A DNA stretch of 64,000 nt, taken from positions 270,252-334,251 of the forward strand of contig JBAZJY010000003.1 of the NCBI GenBank assembly GCA_041651115.1, read 5' to 3'. Position numbers and translations under genes: made by a program. Positions 1 to 8,706 of this stretch are shown in pieces. The DNA comes from Candidatus Omnitrophota bacterium. Lineage in GTDB: Bacteria; Omnitrophota; Gorgyraeia; Gygaellales; Profunditerraquicolaceae. How positions within the stretch are numbered: the stretch's first letter is position 1; each line of letters starts with the position of its first letter. The notes below the pieces were generated by a model. It was given only the letters and a program-made list of their open reading frames with translations. It was not told the origin of the DNA and searched no databases.

Positions 1-390
1 GGCAATTGCCAGCGCTTCTTTAGAAATATCCACAGCTGTTATCTCTGCGTCCGGCAAAAACTTCGCCAGCGACACCGCAATGCATCCTGACCCCGTGCCG
101 AGATCAAGAATCTTAAGGCAGGGCCCGCCAATGCAACACGATAGTACCGTCTCAACTAATATTTCCGTTTCCGGCCGCGGGATGAGCACTGCCGGGCTCA
201 CCTTAAATTCAAGGCCCATAAATTCCGTTTTGCCTAAAATATATTCCAGCGGTTCGCCGCTGATCCTGCGCTTTAACGCCGCGGCAATCGCGCCGGATTC
301 ATCTTTAGTCAGTAATTTATCCCTGTCTATATATAACGACATGCGGCTGCGGTTTAAGACGCTGCTAAACAGGACTTCTGCCTCATTCAT
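1..390 (-). CDS. prmC: Release factor glutamine methyltransferase PrmC/HemK, N-terminal part (continues beyond window start)
   Basis: Translation of minus strand from ATG at 390: MNEAEVLFSSV...ILDLGTGSGCIAVSLAKF... SAM-methyltransferase motif; lies downstream of prfA with 8-nt overlap, the classic prfA-prmC arrangement. Confidence 0.8.
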   Translation of the reverse strand, partial: MNEAEVLFSSVLNRSRMSLYIDRDKLLTKDESGAIAAALKRRISGEPLEYILGKTEFMGLEFKVSPAVLIPRPETEILVETVLSCCIGGPCLKILDLGTGSGCIAVSLAKFLPDAEITAVDISKEALAIA

Positions 391-1441
391 GCTTTTTCTC
401 CTCGGACGCCTTGATCAGGGCATCCGAAAGCTCATCCATATCGCCGTCAAGTATTGCTTCCAGCCGGTGCGAAGTAAAATTTATCCGGTGGTCAGTGACC
501 CGGCGGTCGGGAAAATTATAAGTGCGTATTTTTTCACTCCGGTCGCCCGAACCGATCTGGGATTTTCTCTCCTGCGAAAGCTTCTTTATTTCCGCTTCGC
601 GCTTCATATCCAAAAGCCGCGCGCCGAGAATACGCATTGCCTTGGCCTTATTCTTTAACTGCGAACGCTCATCCTGACAGGCCACTACCACGCCCGTAGG
701 TATGTGCGTTATACGTACCGCGGAATCGGTCTTTTGCATATGCTGGCCGCCTGGCCCGGATGAACGATAAGTGTCAATCCTTAAATCGCTGGGATTGATC
801 GCCATATCAACTTCCTTCGGTTCGGCAAGCACAGCTACGGTAGCAGTAGAAGTATGGATACGGCCCTGGGCTTCGGTCTCCGGAACACGCTGCACCCGGT
901 GCACCCCGCTTTCAAATTTAAGACGCTTATAAGCGTCTCTTCCCCTGACGCTGAAAACAACTTCTTTAAAGCCGCCTAATTCCTTAGGGCTGCCGGACAT
1001 CGGCTCAAACACCCAGCCTTTGGCAGCTGCATACAGTGAATACATACGGTAAAGGTCAGCGGCAAACAACGCTGCCTCATCACCGCCTGTACCCTGGCGG
1101 ATCTCCACGATCAGGTCAGTGCCGGCGTCTTTATCTTCGCCTGCGAGCATAACCTTTAATTTCTGCTCTAACTCTGCCTGCTGGTTTTTCAGGCTTTCCA
1201 CTTCCGCAGTTGCCAATTCCATAAACTCCTTATCATGTTTTTCGCTAAAAACATGTTGGAGATCTGACGCCTGCTTGGAGATGTTTTTATACTGCCTGAA
1301 AAGCCTTACCGGATCGCTTAAATCCGAGAGCTCTTTGGCATAGCGGCTGTATGCTTCCTGGTCCACGGCAACTTCCTGCCTGCCCAGAAGCTCCTCAAGC
1401 TCTTCATAACGCTTTTCAAGCTTTTCTAATTGCTCGAACAT
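383..1441 (-). CDS. prfA: Peptide chain release factor 1
   Basis: 352 aa ORF with GGQ motif (SGPGGQHMQKTDSAVRITHIPTG) and RF1-type domain order. Confidence 0.95.
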   Translation of the reverse strand: MFEQLEKLEKRYEELEELLGRQEVAVDQEAYSRYAKELSDLSDPVRLFRQYKNISKQASDLQHVFSEKHDKEFMELATAEVESLKNQQAELEQKLKVMLAGEDKDAGTDLIVEIRQGTGGDEAALFAADLYRMYSLYAAAKGWVFEPMSGSPKELGGFKEVVFSVRGRDAYKRLKFESGVHRVQRVPETEAQGRIHTSTATVAVLAEPKEVDMAINPSDLRIDTYRSSGPGGQHMQKTDSAVRITHIPTGVVVACQDERSQLKNKAKAMRILGARLLDMKREAEIKKLSQERKSQIGSGDRSEKIRTYNFPDRRVTDHRINFTSHRLEAILDGDMDELSDALIKASEEKKHE

Positions 1442-1449
1442 GAACCCTC

Positions 1450-1650
1450 TTACTTCTTAGCGTATTTCTTAATGAATTTATCCACTCTTCCGGCGGAATC
1501 AACAAACTTCTGTTTGCCGCTGAAAAAAGGATGGCATTTTGAGCATACTTCAACGCGGATATTCGGTTTTGTCGAACGCGTATGTATCGTATTCCCGCAT
1601 GCGCACACGACCACGCAATCCTGGTACTTGGGGTGAATTTTCTCTTTCAT
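1450..1650 (-). CDS. rpmE: 50S ribosomal protein L31 (Zn-ribbon type)
   Basis: 66 aa, MKEKIHPKY...CxxC...CSKCHPFF typical L31; SD aaggagag upstream. Confidence 0.9.
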   Translation of the reverse strand: MKEKIHPKYQDCVVVCACGNTIHTRSTKPNIRVEVCSKCHPFFSGKQKFVDSAGRVDKFIKKYAKK

Positions 1651-1667
1651 TTTTCTCTCCTTTTTTT

Positions 1668-1741
1668 AGGGACGGTTCTCAGGCCAAAGGAAAAGTGTCC
1701 CCATTCGGGGACATTTTTCTCCTTGGCTGAAAACCGTCCCT
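1668..1741. repeat. REP-like imperfect palindromic element, copy A (about 35-bp arms, nested hairpin)
   Basis: agggacggttctc...aaaggaaaagtgtcccc attc ggggacatttttctcctt...gaaaaccgtccct; sits 5 nt after rho stop and about 18 nt before rpmE start; related copy at 24195..24269. Confidence 0.8.
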
Positions 1742-1746
1742 AATCA

Positions 1747-3003
1747 TTACTGGTTCATACTGCCTAAAAATTCCTCGTTGTTCTTTGTCTTAAGGAGCTT
1801 TTCGATCAAGAGCTCCATTGCTTCCACGTTGGTCAACTCATTAAGCACTTTCCTTAATATCCATGCCTTCTGCAAGATATCCGGCTTAAGCAACAGCTCT
1901 TCGTGGCGGGTATTGGAACGCTTAATATCAATGGCCGGATAGATCCTGCGCTGGAAGAGGTTTCTGTCCAACTGCAGTTCCATATTGCCGGTGCCTTTAA
2001 ATTCTTCAAAGATCACATCGTCCATACGGCTGCCCGTATCTACCAGCGCCGTGGCAATGATCGTCAGGCTCCCGCCCTCTTCAATGGCGCGCGCAGCTCC
2101 GAAGAACCGCTTTGGTTTTTGCAGGGCATTGGAATCAATACCGCCGGACAATACCTTTCCGCTGTGCGGCACAACCGAGTTATAGGCGCGCGCAAGCCGG
2201 GTAATGCTGTCCAATAGTATAACCACGTCCCGCTTATGCTCAACCAGACGCTTTGCCTTCTCAAGCACGATCTCCGCTACCTGAACGTGCCTTTCCGGAG
2301 GCTCGTCAAACGTGGAAGAAATAACTTCGCCCTTTACGTTGCGCTGCATATCCGTGACTTCCTCGGGGCGCTCGTCGATCAAAAGTACGATCAATATCGT
2401 TTCCGGTTGATTAGTGACGATGGCATTGGCGATCTTCTGCAGTAGTACGGTCTTTCCGCTGTAAGGAGGCGCGACGATCATGCCGCGCTGCCCCTTGCCG
2501 ATAGGCGCTAAAAGGTCCATGATCCGCATTGACGCTTCCTTAGGATTGGTCTCCAGCACAAAGTGTTCGCGCGGATAAACCGGAGTAAGGTTATCAAAGA
2601 GTATCTTCTCTTTTACGTCTTCGGGATTTTCAAAATTCACCGCCTGCACCTTAAGCAAGGCAAAGTATTTTTCGCCTTCTTTGGGCGGGCGGATCTCCCC
2701 GCTTACCGTGTCTCCGGTGCGCAAATCAAATTTCCTGATCTGCGACGGAGATATATATATATCATCCGGGCAAGGCAGGTAATTATAATTGGGGCTCCTT
2801 AAAAAACCGAATCCTTCGGGAAGGATCTCTAAAATGCCCTCTCCGAACATCAGCCCTTCCTTTTCCGCCTGGCCCTGCAGGATCTTAAAGATCAGGTCCT
2901 GCTTTTTGAGCCCGCTCATGCCGTTGACATTCAATTCTTTTGCCAGCTTGTTGAGCTCGGTAATTTTCATTTGTTTAAGTTTACCAATGTCTAATTTTTC
3001 CAC
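1747..3003 (-). CDS. rho: Transcription termination factor Rho
   Basis: 418 aa; N-terminal Rho_N / cold-shock-like RNA-binding domain; RecA-type ATPase with Walker motifs; GTG start preceded by AGGAGG SD (3008..3013). Confidence 0.95.
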   Translation of the reverse strand: MEKLDIGKLKQMKITELNKLAKELNVNGMSGLKKQDLIFKILQGQAEKEGLMFGEGILEILPEGFGFLRSPNYNYLPCPDDIYISPSQIRKFDLRTGDTVSGEIRPPKEGEKYFALLKVQAVNFENPEDVKEKILFDNLTPVYPREHFVLETNPKEASMRIMDLLAPIGKGQRGMIVAPPYSGKTVLLQKIANAIVTNQPETILIVLLIDERPEEVTDMQRNVKGEVISSTFDEPPERHVQVAEIVLEKAKRLVEHKRDVVILLDSITRLARAYNSVVPHSGKVLSGGIDSNALQKPKRFFGAARAIEEGGSLTIIATALVDTGSRMDDVIFEEFKGTGNMELQLDRNLFQRRIYPAIDIKRSNTRHEELLLKPDILQKAWILRKVLNELTNVEAMELLIEKLLKTKNNEEFLGSMNQ

Positions 3004-3015
3004 AACATCCTCCTA

Positions 3016-3302
3016 GCTGAGCCTCCTGTAAATAATTGACACATTGGAAGCCCGAGTTTTGGCCGTATGCAAGGCGCGACGACGAAGGCGTAGTCTTTAG
3101 CACTACGCCGAGGAGGAGCAACGCCGCAGACGGCCGAAAGGCGGGCTTCCCCTCATCTATACTATGGGCTGGCTGATTTTGGGCTGCGACTGCGTCACTC
3201 GTCCTTGGCGTAGCGCTTATTCGGCTACGCCTGCGTCCTCGTTCCTTGTCTCGCTCCAAAATCAGCTCAGCCAATGTGTCAATTATTTACAGGAGGCTCA
3301 GC
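3016..3302 (-). other. 287-bp structured element flanked by 32-bp perfect inverted repeats in the coaE-rho intergenic region (rho 5' leader); MITE-like or regulatory RNA structure
   Basis: 3016..3047 gctgagcctcctgtaaataattgacacattgg is the exact reverse complement of 3271..3302; the interior is GC-rich with nested dyads and two similar sub-hairpins (ggcgtagt...actacgcc and ggcgtagc...gctacgcc); no ORF. Confidence 0.7.
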
Positions 3303-3895
3303 AGATTCTCCACTTGTTTTTTTGTTTGTTCCCTTGTGCCGCTGTTATCTATTACAAAATCCGCTTTACGGACCTTAGCCGTTAAAGGCATCTGCGCCTT
3401 TATCCGCATCAATATGTCTTTGCCTGAAAGCGAAGCTTTCCTTTTTTGGGCGCGCTTGACCTGCGCCTTCCTGTCTGCGGTTACGACAATTACCTTATCC
3501 GCTAATTGCTGGAGCCCCGACTCAAAAAGCAGCGGGATATCCAAAACCGCAACTTTTTGCCGGCCTGTTTTAGCTTCTTTTTTTATAGCCTTGACCACAC
3601 CGGGATGCACAATACTATTTAATCTATTTAAAAGCCTGGGGTTTGAAAATACTATCTGCGAGAGCTTACCCCGGTCAATACTTTTGTCTTTTTGAACTAT
3701 GCCCCTGCCGAATAACGCGACAACTTTTTTGTACGCGGATGTTCCGGGCTTAATCAGGCCGTGAGCGATCTTGTCCGCGTCAACTACCTTAGCCCCATAG
3801 CCGCGCAATAAGGATGCTATTGTGGTCTTACCCGTGGCAAAACCGCCTGTTACTGCCACCACTGTCCTCTTATTCAACTTTTCCGGCTTCTTCAT
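3287..3895 (-). CDS. coaE: Dephospho-CoA kinase
   Basis: P-loop VAVTGGFATGKTT, CoaE family; start taken at MKKPEK; last codons lie inside the right arm of the inverted-repeat element. Confidence 0.85.
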   Translation of the reverse strand: MKKPEKLNKRTVVAVTGGFATGKTTIASLLRGYGAKVVDADKIAHGLIKPGTSAYKKVVALFGRGIVQKDKSIDRGKLSQIVFSNPRLLNRLNSIVHPGVVKAIKKEAKTGRQKVAVLDIPLLFESGLQQLADKVIVVTADRKAQVKRAQKRKASLSGKDILMRIKAQMPLTAKVRKADFVIDNSGTREQTKKQVENLLSLL

Positions 3896-5261
3896 ATAAA
3901 CGGGCGTATTTTCTTGCCGATTCTTCCCATGAAAAGTCGCACTGCATTGCGCTGGCAATCAACTTATTCCATTTATCTTTGGCGCTAAATGCCTTTAATG
4001 CGTCTTTCAGCGAATTGATCAGGTCGTCTTTTTTATAGCGCTGAAAAATAAAGCCGCATTTGGGAGTTACCGTATCTGCCAATCCGCCGGTTTTAAACAC
4101 AACCGGGATCGTGCCATACCTTAAGCTGATCAACTGCCCAAGGCCACAGGGCTCATATTTGGAAGGCATAAGAAAAATATCCGAACCCGCGTATATCTTA
4201 TGCGCCAAAACGTCGTCGAATTTAAGATGCAGGGACATGACCTTTGGGTATTTAGCCGCAATGCCGGATAAAAGTTTATGGTATTCCGCATCGCCCGTGC
4301 CCAGGATCACAATTTGCAAGTTCATCTTGCAGATTACATCCATTGCCTGGCTCAAAAGGTCAAAGCCTTTTTGCTCGGCCAAACGGGAAACGATCCCGAC
4401 TAAAGGCACATCCTTGTTCAAGGGAAGGCCACAGATTTCCTGTAATTGCTTTTTATCCTCGCTCTTTCCGCGCAGGTCGGAAGCCGTATAATCACTAGCA
4501 ATGATTTTATCAGCTCCCGGGTCCCAGATGGAATAATCCAAGCCGTTTAAAACCCCGAAAAGCCGCTTGCGCCGCTTAGCCAGCACGCCTTCCAGGCCAA
4601 AACCGAATTCAGAAGTTTGTATCTCTTTGCTGTAAGTAGGGCTGACAGTGTTGATGATATCGGAGAATACGATCCCGCCCTTTAAAAGGTTGATCCTGCC
4701 GAAAAATTCCAGGGTTTCCACGTCAAAGTATTTCCAGTCAATCCCGAGATCGGCGAATTCTTCCCTCGGAAACAGCCCTTGATAGCCGATATTATGAATG
4801 GTAAATACGGTCCTTGCGGCATTATAGAAAGGATCCGCGCTATAAAGCGTTTTCATGTAAACCGGGACCAGCGCCGACTGCCAGTCATGGCAGTGAATGA
4901 TATCGGGAGAAAAATCCAGCTCCTTTAAAAGGTCAATGCTCCTTTTGCAATAGTAGGAAAAACGTTTTAAGTTATCTTTATAATCGCCTGTTTTATCCCC
5001 GTAAAGCGATTCGCGTCCGAAATAAAAATCGTCTTCGATAAAATAGGCGCGCACGCCCTCGCCGATCACGGAAGAGACAATGTCCGGCTTTAACCGACGG
5101 ATCGCTGCCTTTGCATCCCGGACCTGTTTATAGCACGGCATAATCAGGATCACTTCATGGCCAAGTTCTTCCAAGGCAAGCGGCAAAGCCCCGGTTACAT
5201 CCGCCAAACCTCCGGTCTTGGCAAACGGCACTGCTTCCGACGCGCAGAATGCTATCTTCAT
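3870..5261 (-). CDS. glgA: Glycogen/starch synthase (GT5 family, ADP-glucose type)
   Basis: N-terminus MKIAFCASEAVPFAKTGGLADVTGALPLAL matches the GlgA signature; 463 aa. Confidence 0.85.
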   Translation of the reverse strand: MKIAFCASEAVPFAKTGGLADVTGALPLALEELGHEVILIMPCYKQVRDAKAAIRRLKPDIVSSVIGEGVRAYFIEDDFYFGRESLYGDKTGDYKDNLKRFSYYCKRSIDLLKELDFSPDIIHCHDWQSALVPVYMKTLYSADPFYNAARTVFTIHNIGYQGLFPREEFADLGIDWKYFDVETLEFFGRINLLKGGIVFSDIINTVSPTYSKEIQTSEFGFGLEGVLAKRRKRLFGVLNGLDYSIWDPGADKIIASDYTASDLRGKSEDKKQLQEICGLPLNKDVPLVGIVSRLAEQKGFDLLSQAMDVICKMNLQIVILGTGDAEYHKLLSGIAAKYPKVMSLHLKFDDVLAHKIYAGSDIFLMPSKYEPCGLGQLISLRYGTIPVVFKTGGLADTVTPKCGFIFQRYKKDDLINSLKDALKAFSAKDKWNKLIASAMQCDFSWEESARKYARLYEEAGKVE

Positions 5262-5264
5262 GGC

Positions 5265-7805
5265 TCAGTACTCCTCCGCTTCCAGCCAATTCTTTCCGGT
5301 TTTTACCGTCACTACTATAGGCACATCCAGGCGCAAGACATTTTCCATCCTGTCCTTTACCAGGGCCGCAAACCCGTCCATCTCTTTTTGCGGCACGTCA
5401 AATACCAATTCATCATGGATCTGCAGTACCATTTTAGAACCGCTCTTTCTTGACTCGATTTCCTTGTGTATCTCTATCATCGCCAGCTTTATCAGGTCGC
5501 TGGCAGTCCCTTGAATAGGCGTATTTACGGCTTTACGCTGGGCAAACTGCCTTATTCCCTGATTTTTATTATTGATCTCCGGGATATACCTGCGTCTGCC
5601 AAGGAGCGTTGAGACAAAACCGTCTTTTTTGGCTTTTTCTATCTGTTGCTGTATGTAGCCTTCAACCTTGGGATAACGGACAAAATAAGCGTCGATAAAA
5701 ACCTGCGCTTCATCAATCGGTATGCTCAAATCCTTGGAGAGGCCGAAGGAAGTCAGTCCGTAGACAATGCCGAAGTTCACCCTTTTAGCGGTATCGCGCA
5801 TCTGGCCGGTTATGTCTTTTTCGTCCAGGCCGTAAATCAATGCCGCGGTTGCTTTATGGATGTCGCGGTTATTCTTAAACGCGGCAATAAGATTATCATC
5901 CCCGGAAAGATGCGCCAGTATCCTTAATTCGATCTGGGAATAATCGCAGACCAAGAGCCGGCTATTATTGTAGGAAGCCACAATTGCCTGCCTGATGCGG
6001 CTGCCGATCTCCGTTCTCACCGGAAGATTCTGCAGGTTCGGATTGCTGGAGCTAAGCCTGCCGGTTTCGGTGGCAGTCTGGTTAAAAGAAGTGTGTATCC
6101 GGTTGGTTTGCGGGTCTGCCAGCTGCGGCAAAGTATCCACATAAGTTGTCTTTAGCTTCATCAGCTGACGGTATTCCAGCAAAAGGCGGGGCAGCTGATG
6201 CGAGCCCGCCAGCCTCTTTAACACTTCCTCGTCAGTAGAAGGCCCTGTTTTGCTTCTTTTAATTACCGGCAATTTCAGCTTTTCAAATAATACCTGGCTC
6301 AATTGCTTAGGCGAATTTATATTGAATTGCGTACCGCTTGCCTGATAGATTTCCTCGATCAATTGGATCAGCCTTTTCTCCAGATCTTTTGCCAGGCCTT
6401 TAAGGATATCCAGGTCTATCTTGATCCCGTTGAGCTCCATTTGAGAAAGAACTTCCGCAAGCGGCATTTCAAGATCGTAAAAAAGCTTCTCCAGCGACCG
6501 CTGGCGTAACATTTCTTCCAGCTTAGGTTTTAGCTGTAATAACAAGTTAAGGCCGCAGCCAGCCACAACTGCCTCCTGCGAGAGGCTTGTATCTAAGTAT
6601 TCCAGCGCCAGGTCGGAAAGAGAATACCCGGCTGCCGAAGGATTAACGAGGTAACCGGCGATCATCGTGTCAAAATACATGCCCTTAAGCATGGCCCCCT
6701 CTCTGGCCAGCGCGACCCTTATTTTTTTAAGGTCATGCCCGGTCTTCTTTATCTTAGGATCGGATAAAATACCTTTAATGCTGCCGTCCAATGATCCAAC
6801 GCGGAAAAATTTTCCTTGCGCAAAAAAAACAAGTCCTTCGTCCGGCTGGCCACAAATAAACAATTCGTCTCCGGCAGCCAGCATCCCCTGCAAATCTTCT
6901 TCGGGCATCAGAAGAACTTCTGCCTGCGGCTGTTTTGTTTCATCGTCAACCGGCAGGCCTTTGAGTAATTTTTTAAACTCAAGCTGCTTAAAAATACGGA
7001 ACAGCTCTTTGGTATCCGCAGCCCTGGCCATAAAGCGCTGCGCGTCAAAGTCTATGTCCACGCTCCTATCAAGGACAGCCAGTTCCTTGCTGAATTTGAT
7101 CGCGTCGGCTGCGGCGATAACCGCCTGTTTTATCTTTTCTTGTTTTATCTCTCCGGCCTTATCCAGCAGGTTTTCCACGCTGCCAAAGCCTTTGATCAAT
7201 TCTGTTGCGGTTTTTTCTCCGATGCCGCGCACGCCAGGGATATTATCCACGCTGTCGCCCATCAACGCGATCACATCGGTAACCTGCCCGGGGCTGACGC
7301 CGAATTCCTTACGCACGCCTTCAATGTCTAAAATAATGCCCTCTTCTTTGTATGGATTAAAAACTACCGTATTTTCATCAACCAATTGCAAAACGTCCTT
7401 ATCTGAACTGACAATAGTCACGGGTATGCCGGCCTGTTTTGCTTTTACGGCGATGGTGGCGATGATGTCATCCGCTTCAAAGCCTTGTTTTTCCAGTATG
7501 CTTATCCCGTAAGCGGAAATAACCTCTTTGATCAGGGGTATTTGGCTTGACAAGCCGTCAGGCATTGGCGGCCGCTGGATCTTATATTCTGCGAATTTTC
7601 TTGCCCGGAACGTATCCCTTGAAACGTCAAAACAAGCTGCCAGATACTGCGGTTTTTTTTCCTTTATGATCTTATTAAGCATGTTCAGGAAACCGTAGAC
7701 CGCGTTTGTCGGCTGGCCAAAAGACGTAGACAACCCTTTTAACGCATAGAATGCCCGGTAGCAAAAAGCCGTGGCATCGATTAAATACAGCCGCTTTTCA
7801 TCCAT
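5265..7805 (-). CDS. polA: DNA polymerase I
   Basis: 846 aa; 5'-3' exonuclease N-terminus (LIDATAFCYRAFYA) and C-terminal family A polymerase motifs (RRxAKxxNFGxxYG, QIHDEL). Confidence 0.95.
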   Translation of the reverse strand: MDEKRLYLIDATAFCYRAFYALKGLSTSFGQPTNAVYGFLNMLNKIIKEKKPQYLAACFDVSRDTFRARKFAEYKIQRPPMPDGLSSQIPLIKEVISAYGISILEKQGFEADDIIATIAVKAKQAGIPVTIVSSDKDVLQLVDENTVVFNPYKEEGIILDIEGVRKEFGVSPGQVTDVIALMGDSVDNIPGVRGIGEKTATELIKGFGSVENLLDKAGEIKQEKIKQAVIAAADAIKFSKELAVLDRSVDIDFDAQRFMARAADTKELFRIFKQLEFKKLLKGLPVDDETKQPQAEVLLMPEEDLQGMLAAGDELFICGQPDEGLVFFAQGKFFRVGSLDGSIKGILSDPKIKKTGHDLKKIRVALAREGAMLKGMYFDTMIAGYLVNPSAAGYSLSDLALEYLDTSLSQEAVVAGCGLNLLLQLKPKLEEMLRQRSLEKLFYDLEMPLAEVLSQMELNGIKIDLDILKGLAKDLEKRLIQLIEEIYQASGTQFNINSPKQLSQVLFEKLKLPVIKRSKTGPSTDEEVLKRLAGSHQLPRLLLEYRQLMKLKTTYVDTLPQLADPQTNRIHTSFNQTATETGRLSSSNPNLQNLPVRTEIGSRIRQAIVASYNNSRLLVCDYSQIELRILAHLSGDDNLIAAFKNNRDIHKATAALIYGLDEKDITGQMRDTAKRVNFGIVYGLTSFGLSKDLSIPIDEAQVFIDAYFVRYPKVEGYIQQQIEKAKKDGFVSTLLGRRRYIPEINNKNQGIRQFAQRKAVNTPIQGTASDLIKLAMIEIHKEIESRKSGSKMVLQIHDELVFDVPQKEMDGFAALVKDRMENVLRLDVPIVVTVKTGKNWLEAEEY

Positions 7806-7859
7806 TAATTATACATTAGGAAATAGATTGGCAGGAAAATGGGTTTTGTAGGACCCTTT

Positions 7860-8651
7860 TTATTGTGACAACATCCTTACTTGTACCCTATCCAGGAATT
7901 CGTCGATATCCCGGTTAGAGGGATCAAGAGACTTGGCATCCACCGCTTGTTTAAGGGCGGTTACCGTATCTCCCTTTTTATAAGTCAGCTTTGCGTCTGC
8001 AAGGTGCTTTTTGGCAAGCGCCTTATCGTCTGTCTTGAGGATAGACTTCTCGACCAGTATATCATTCATCAGCCCGATCACTTTATCTTCATCGGGGTCC
8101 ACGTTCTTGTCGCCGAGCACAAGCCGGATATCATTCAGCCTTGCCCTGGCTCTTTCTGTCCAGGGGTCTGCGGATGGGCCGAAATCTATCCTCTTCTGCC
8201 AATACTCGGATGCTTTTTTTAAATCGCGCTTATTTTCGTAAAACAGCGCTAGGTTTGAATAAGCGCTGAAGAAATTCGGGTTTATTTGCACTGCCTTCAG
8301 GTAGTTCTGTTCAGCCCGGTCAGGCATGCCCTTGGCCTCATAGATAATACCTAAGTCATTATAGGCAATCGCATATGCGGAATCCAGTTCCGCTGCCTTC
8401 TGATAATAAGCCATTGCATTGTCCAAATCGCCTATCTTCTGGGATTCCACGCCTTGCTGCCGGTAAGCCCTGGCTTCTTTCTGCAAACCATTCAGCCGGC
8501 TCTCATCTTCCGGATATGTTCCGGCTCCGGGCGAGCTGGCTGCGCAGGAAACCTTTGCGAAAAAAGGCAACATCAAACCCCAAATAAATAACGCAGGGAC
8601 AATGATCCTTATGGTGATATTTTTGATGGTAGTAGGGAAGGAGTTACGCAT
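7860..8651 (-). CDS. TPR-repeat protein with signal peptide (possible lipoprotein)
   Basis: N-terminal hydrophobic signal then Cys; repeated TPR-like A/Y-rich 34-aa units. Confidence 0.6.
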   Translation of the reverse strand: MRNSFPTTIKNITIRIIVPALFIWGLMLPFFAKVSCAASSPGAGTYPEDESRLNGLQKEARAYRQQGVESQKIGDLDNAMAYYQKAAELDSAYAIAYNDLGIIYEAKGMPDRAEQNYLKAVQINPNFFSAYSNLALFYENKRDLKKASEYWQKRIDFGPSADPWTERARARLNDIRLVLGDKNVDPDEDKVIGLMNDILVEKSILKTDDKALAKKHLADAKLTYKKGDTVTALKQAVDAKSLDPSNRDIDEFLDRVQVRMLSQ

Positions 8652-8706
8652 CTGTTGTAAGTATTATATTACTTAATTGCCTTTAGTCAAGAAAAAGTTT
8701 TACGAA

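Noticed and set aside
80-658. 192-aa plus-strand ORF
   Set aside because: It is antisense to the prmC/prfA junction, where both minus-strand genes have strong family signatures. It has no RBS and a low-complexity composition.
3246-3695. 149-aa plus-strand ORF
   Set aside because: It is antisense to coaE and starts inside the inverted-repeat element. It is hydrophobic, low-complexity and has no RBS.
6667-7512. 281-aa serine-rich plus-strand ORF
   Set aside because: It lies entirely antisense within polA and is a low-complexity Ser/Ala/Leu-rich shadow frame.
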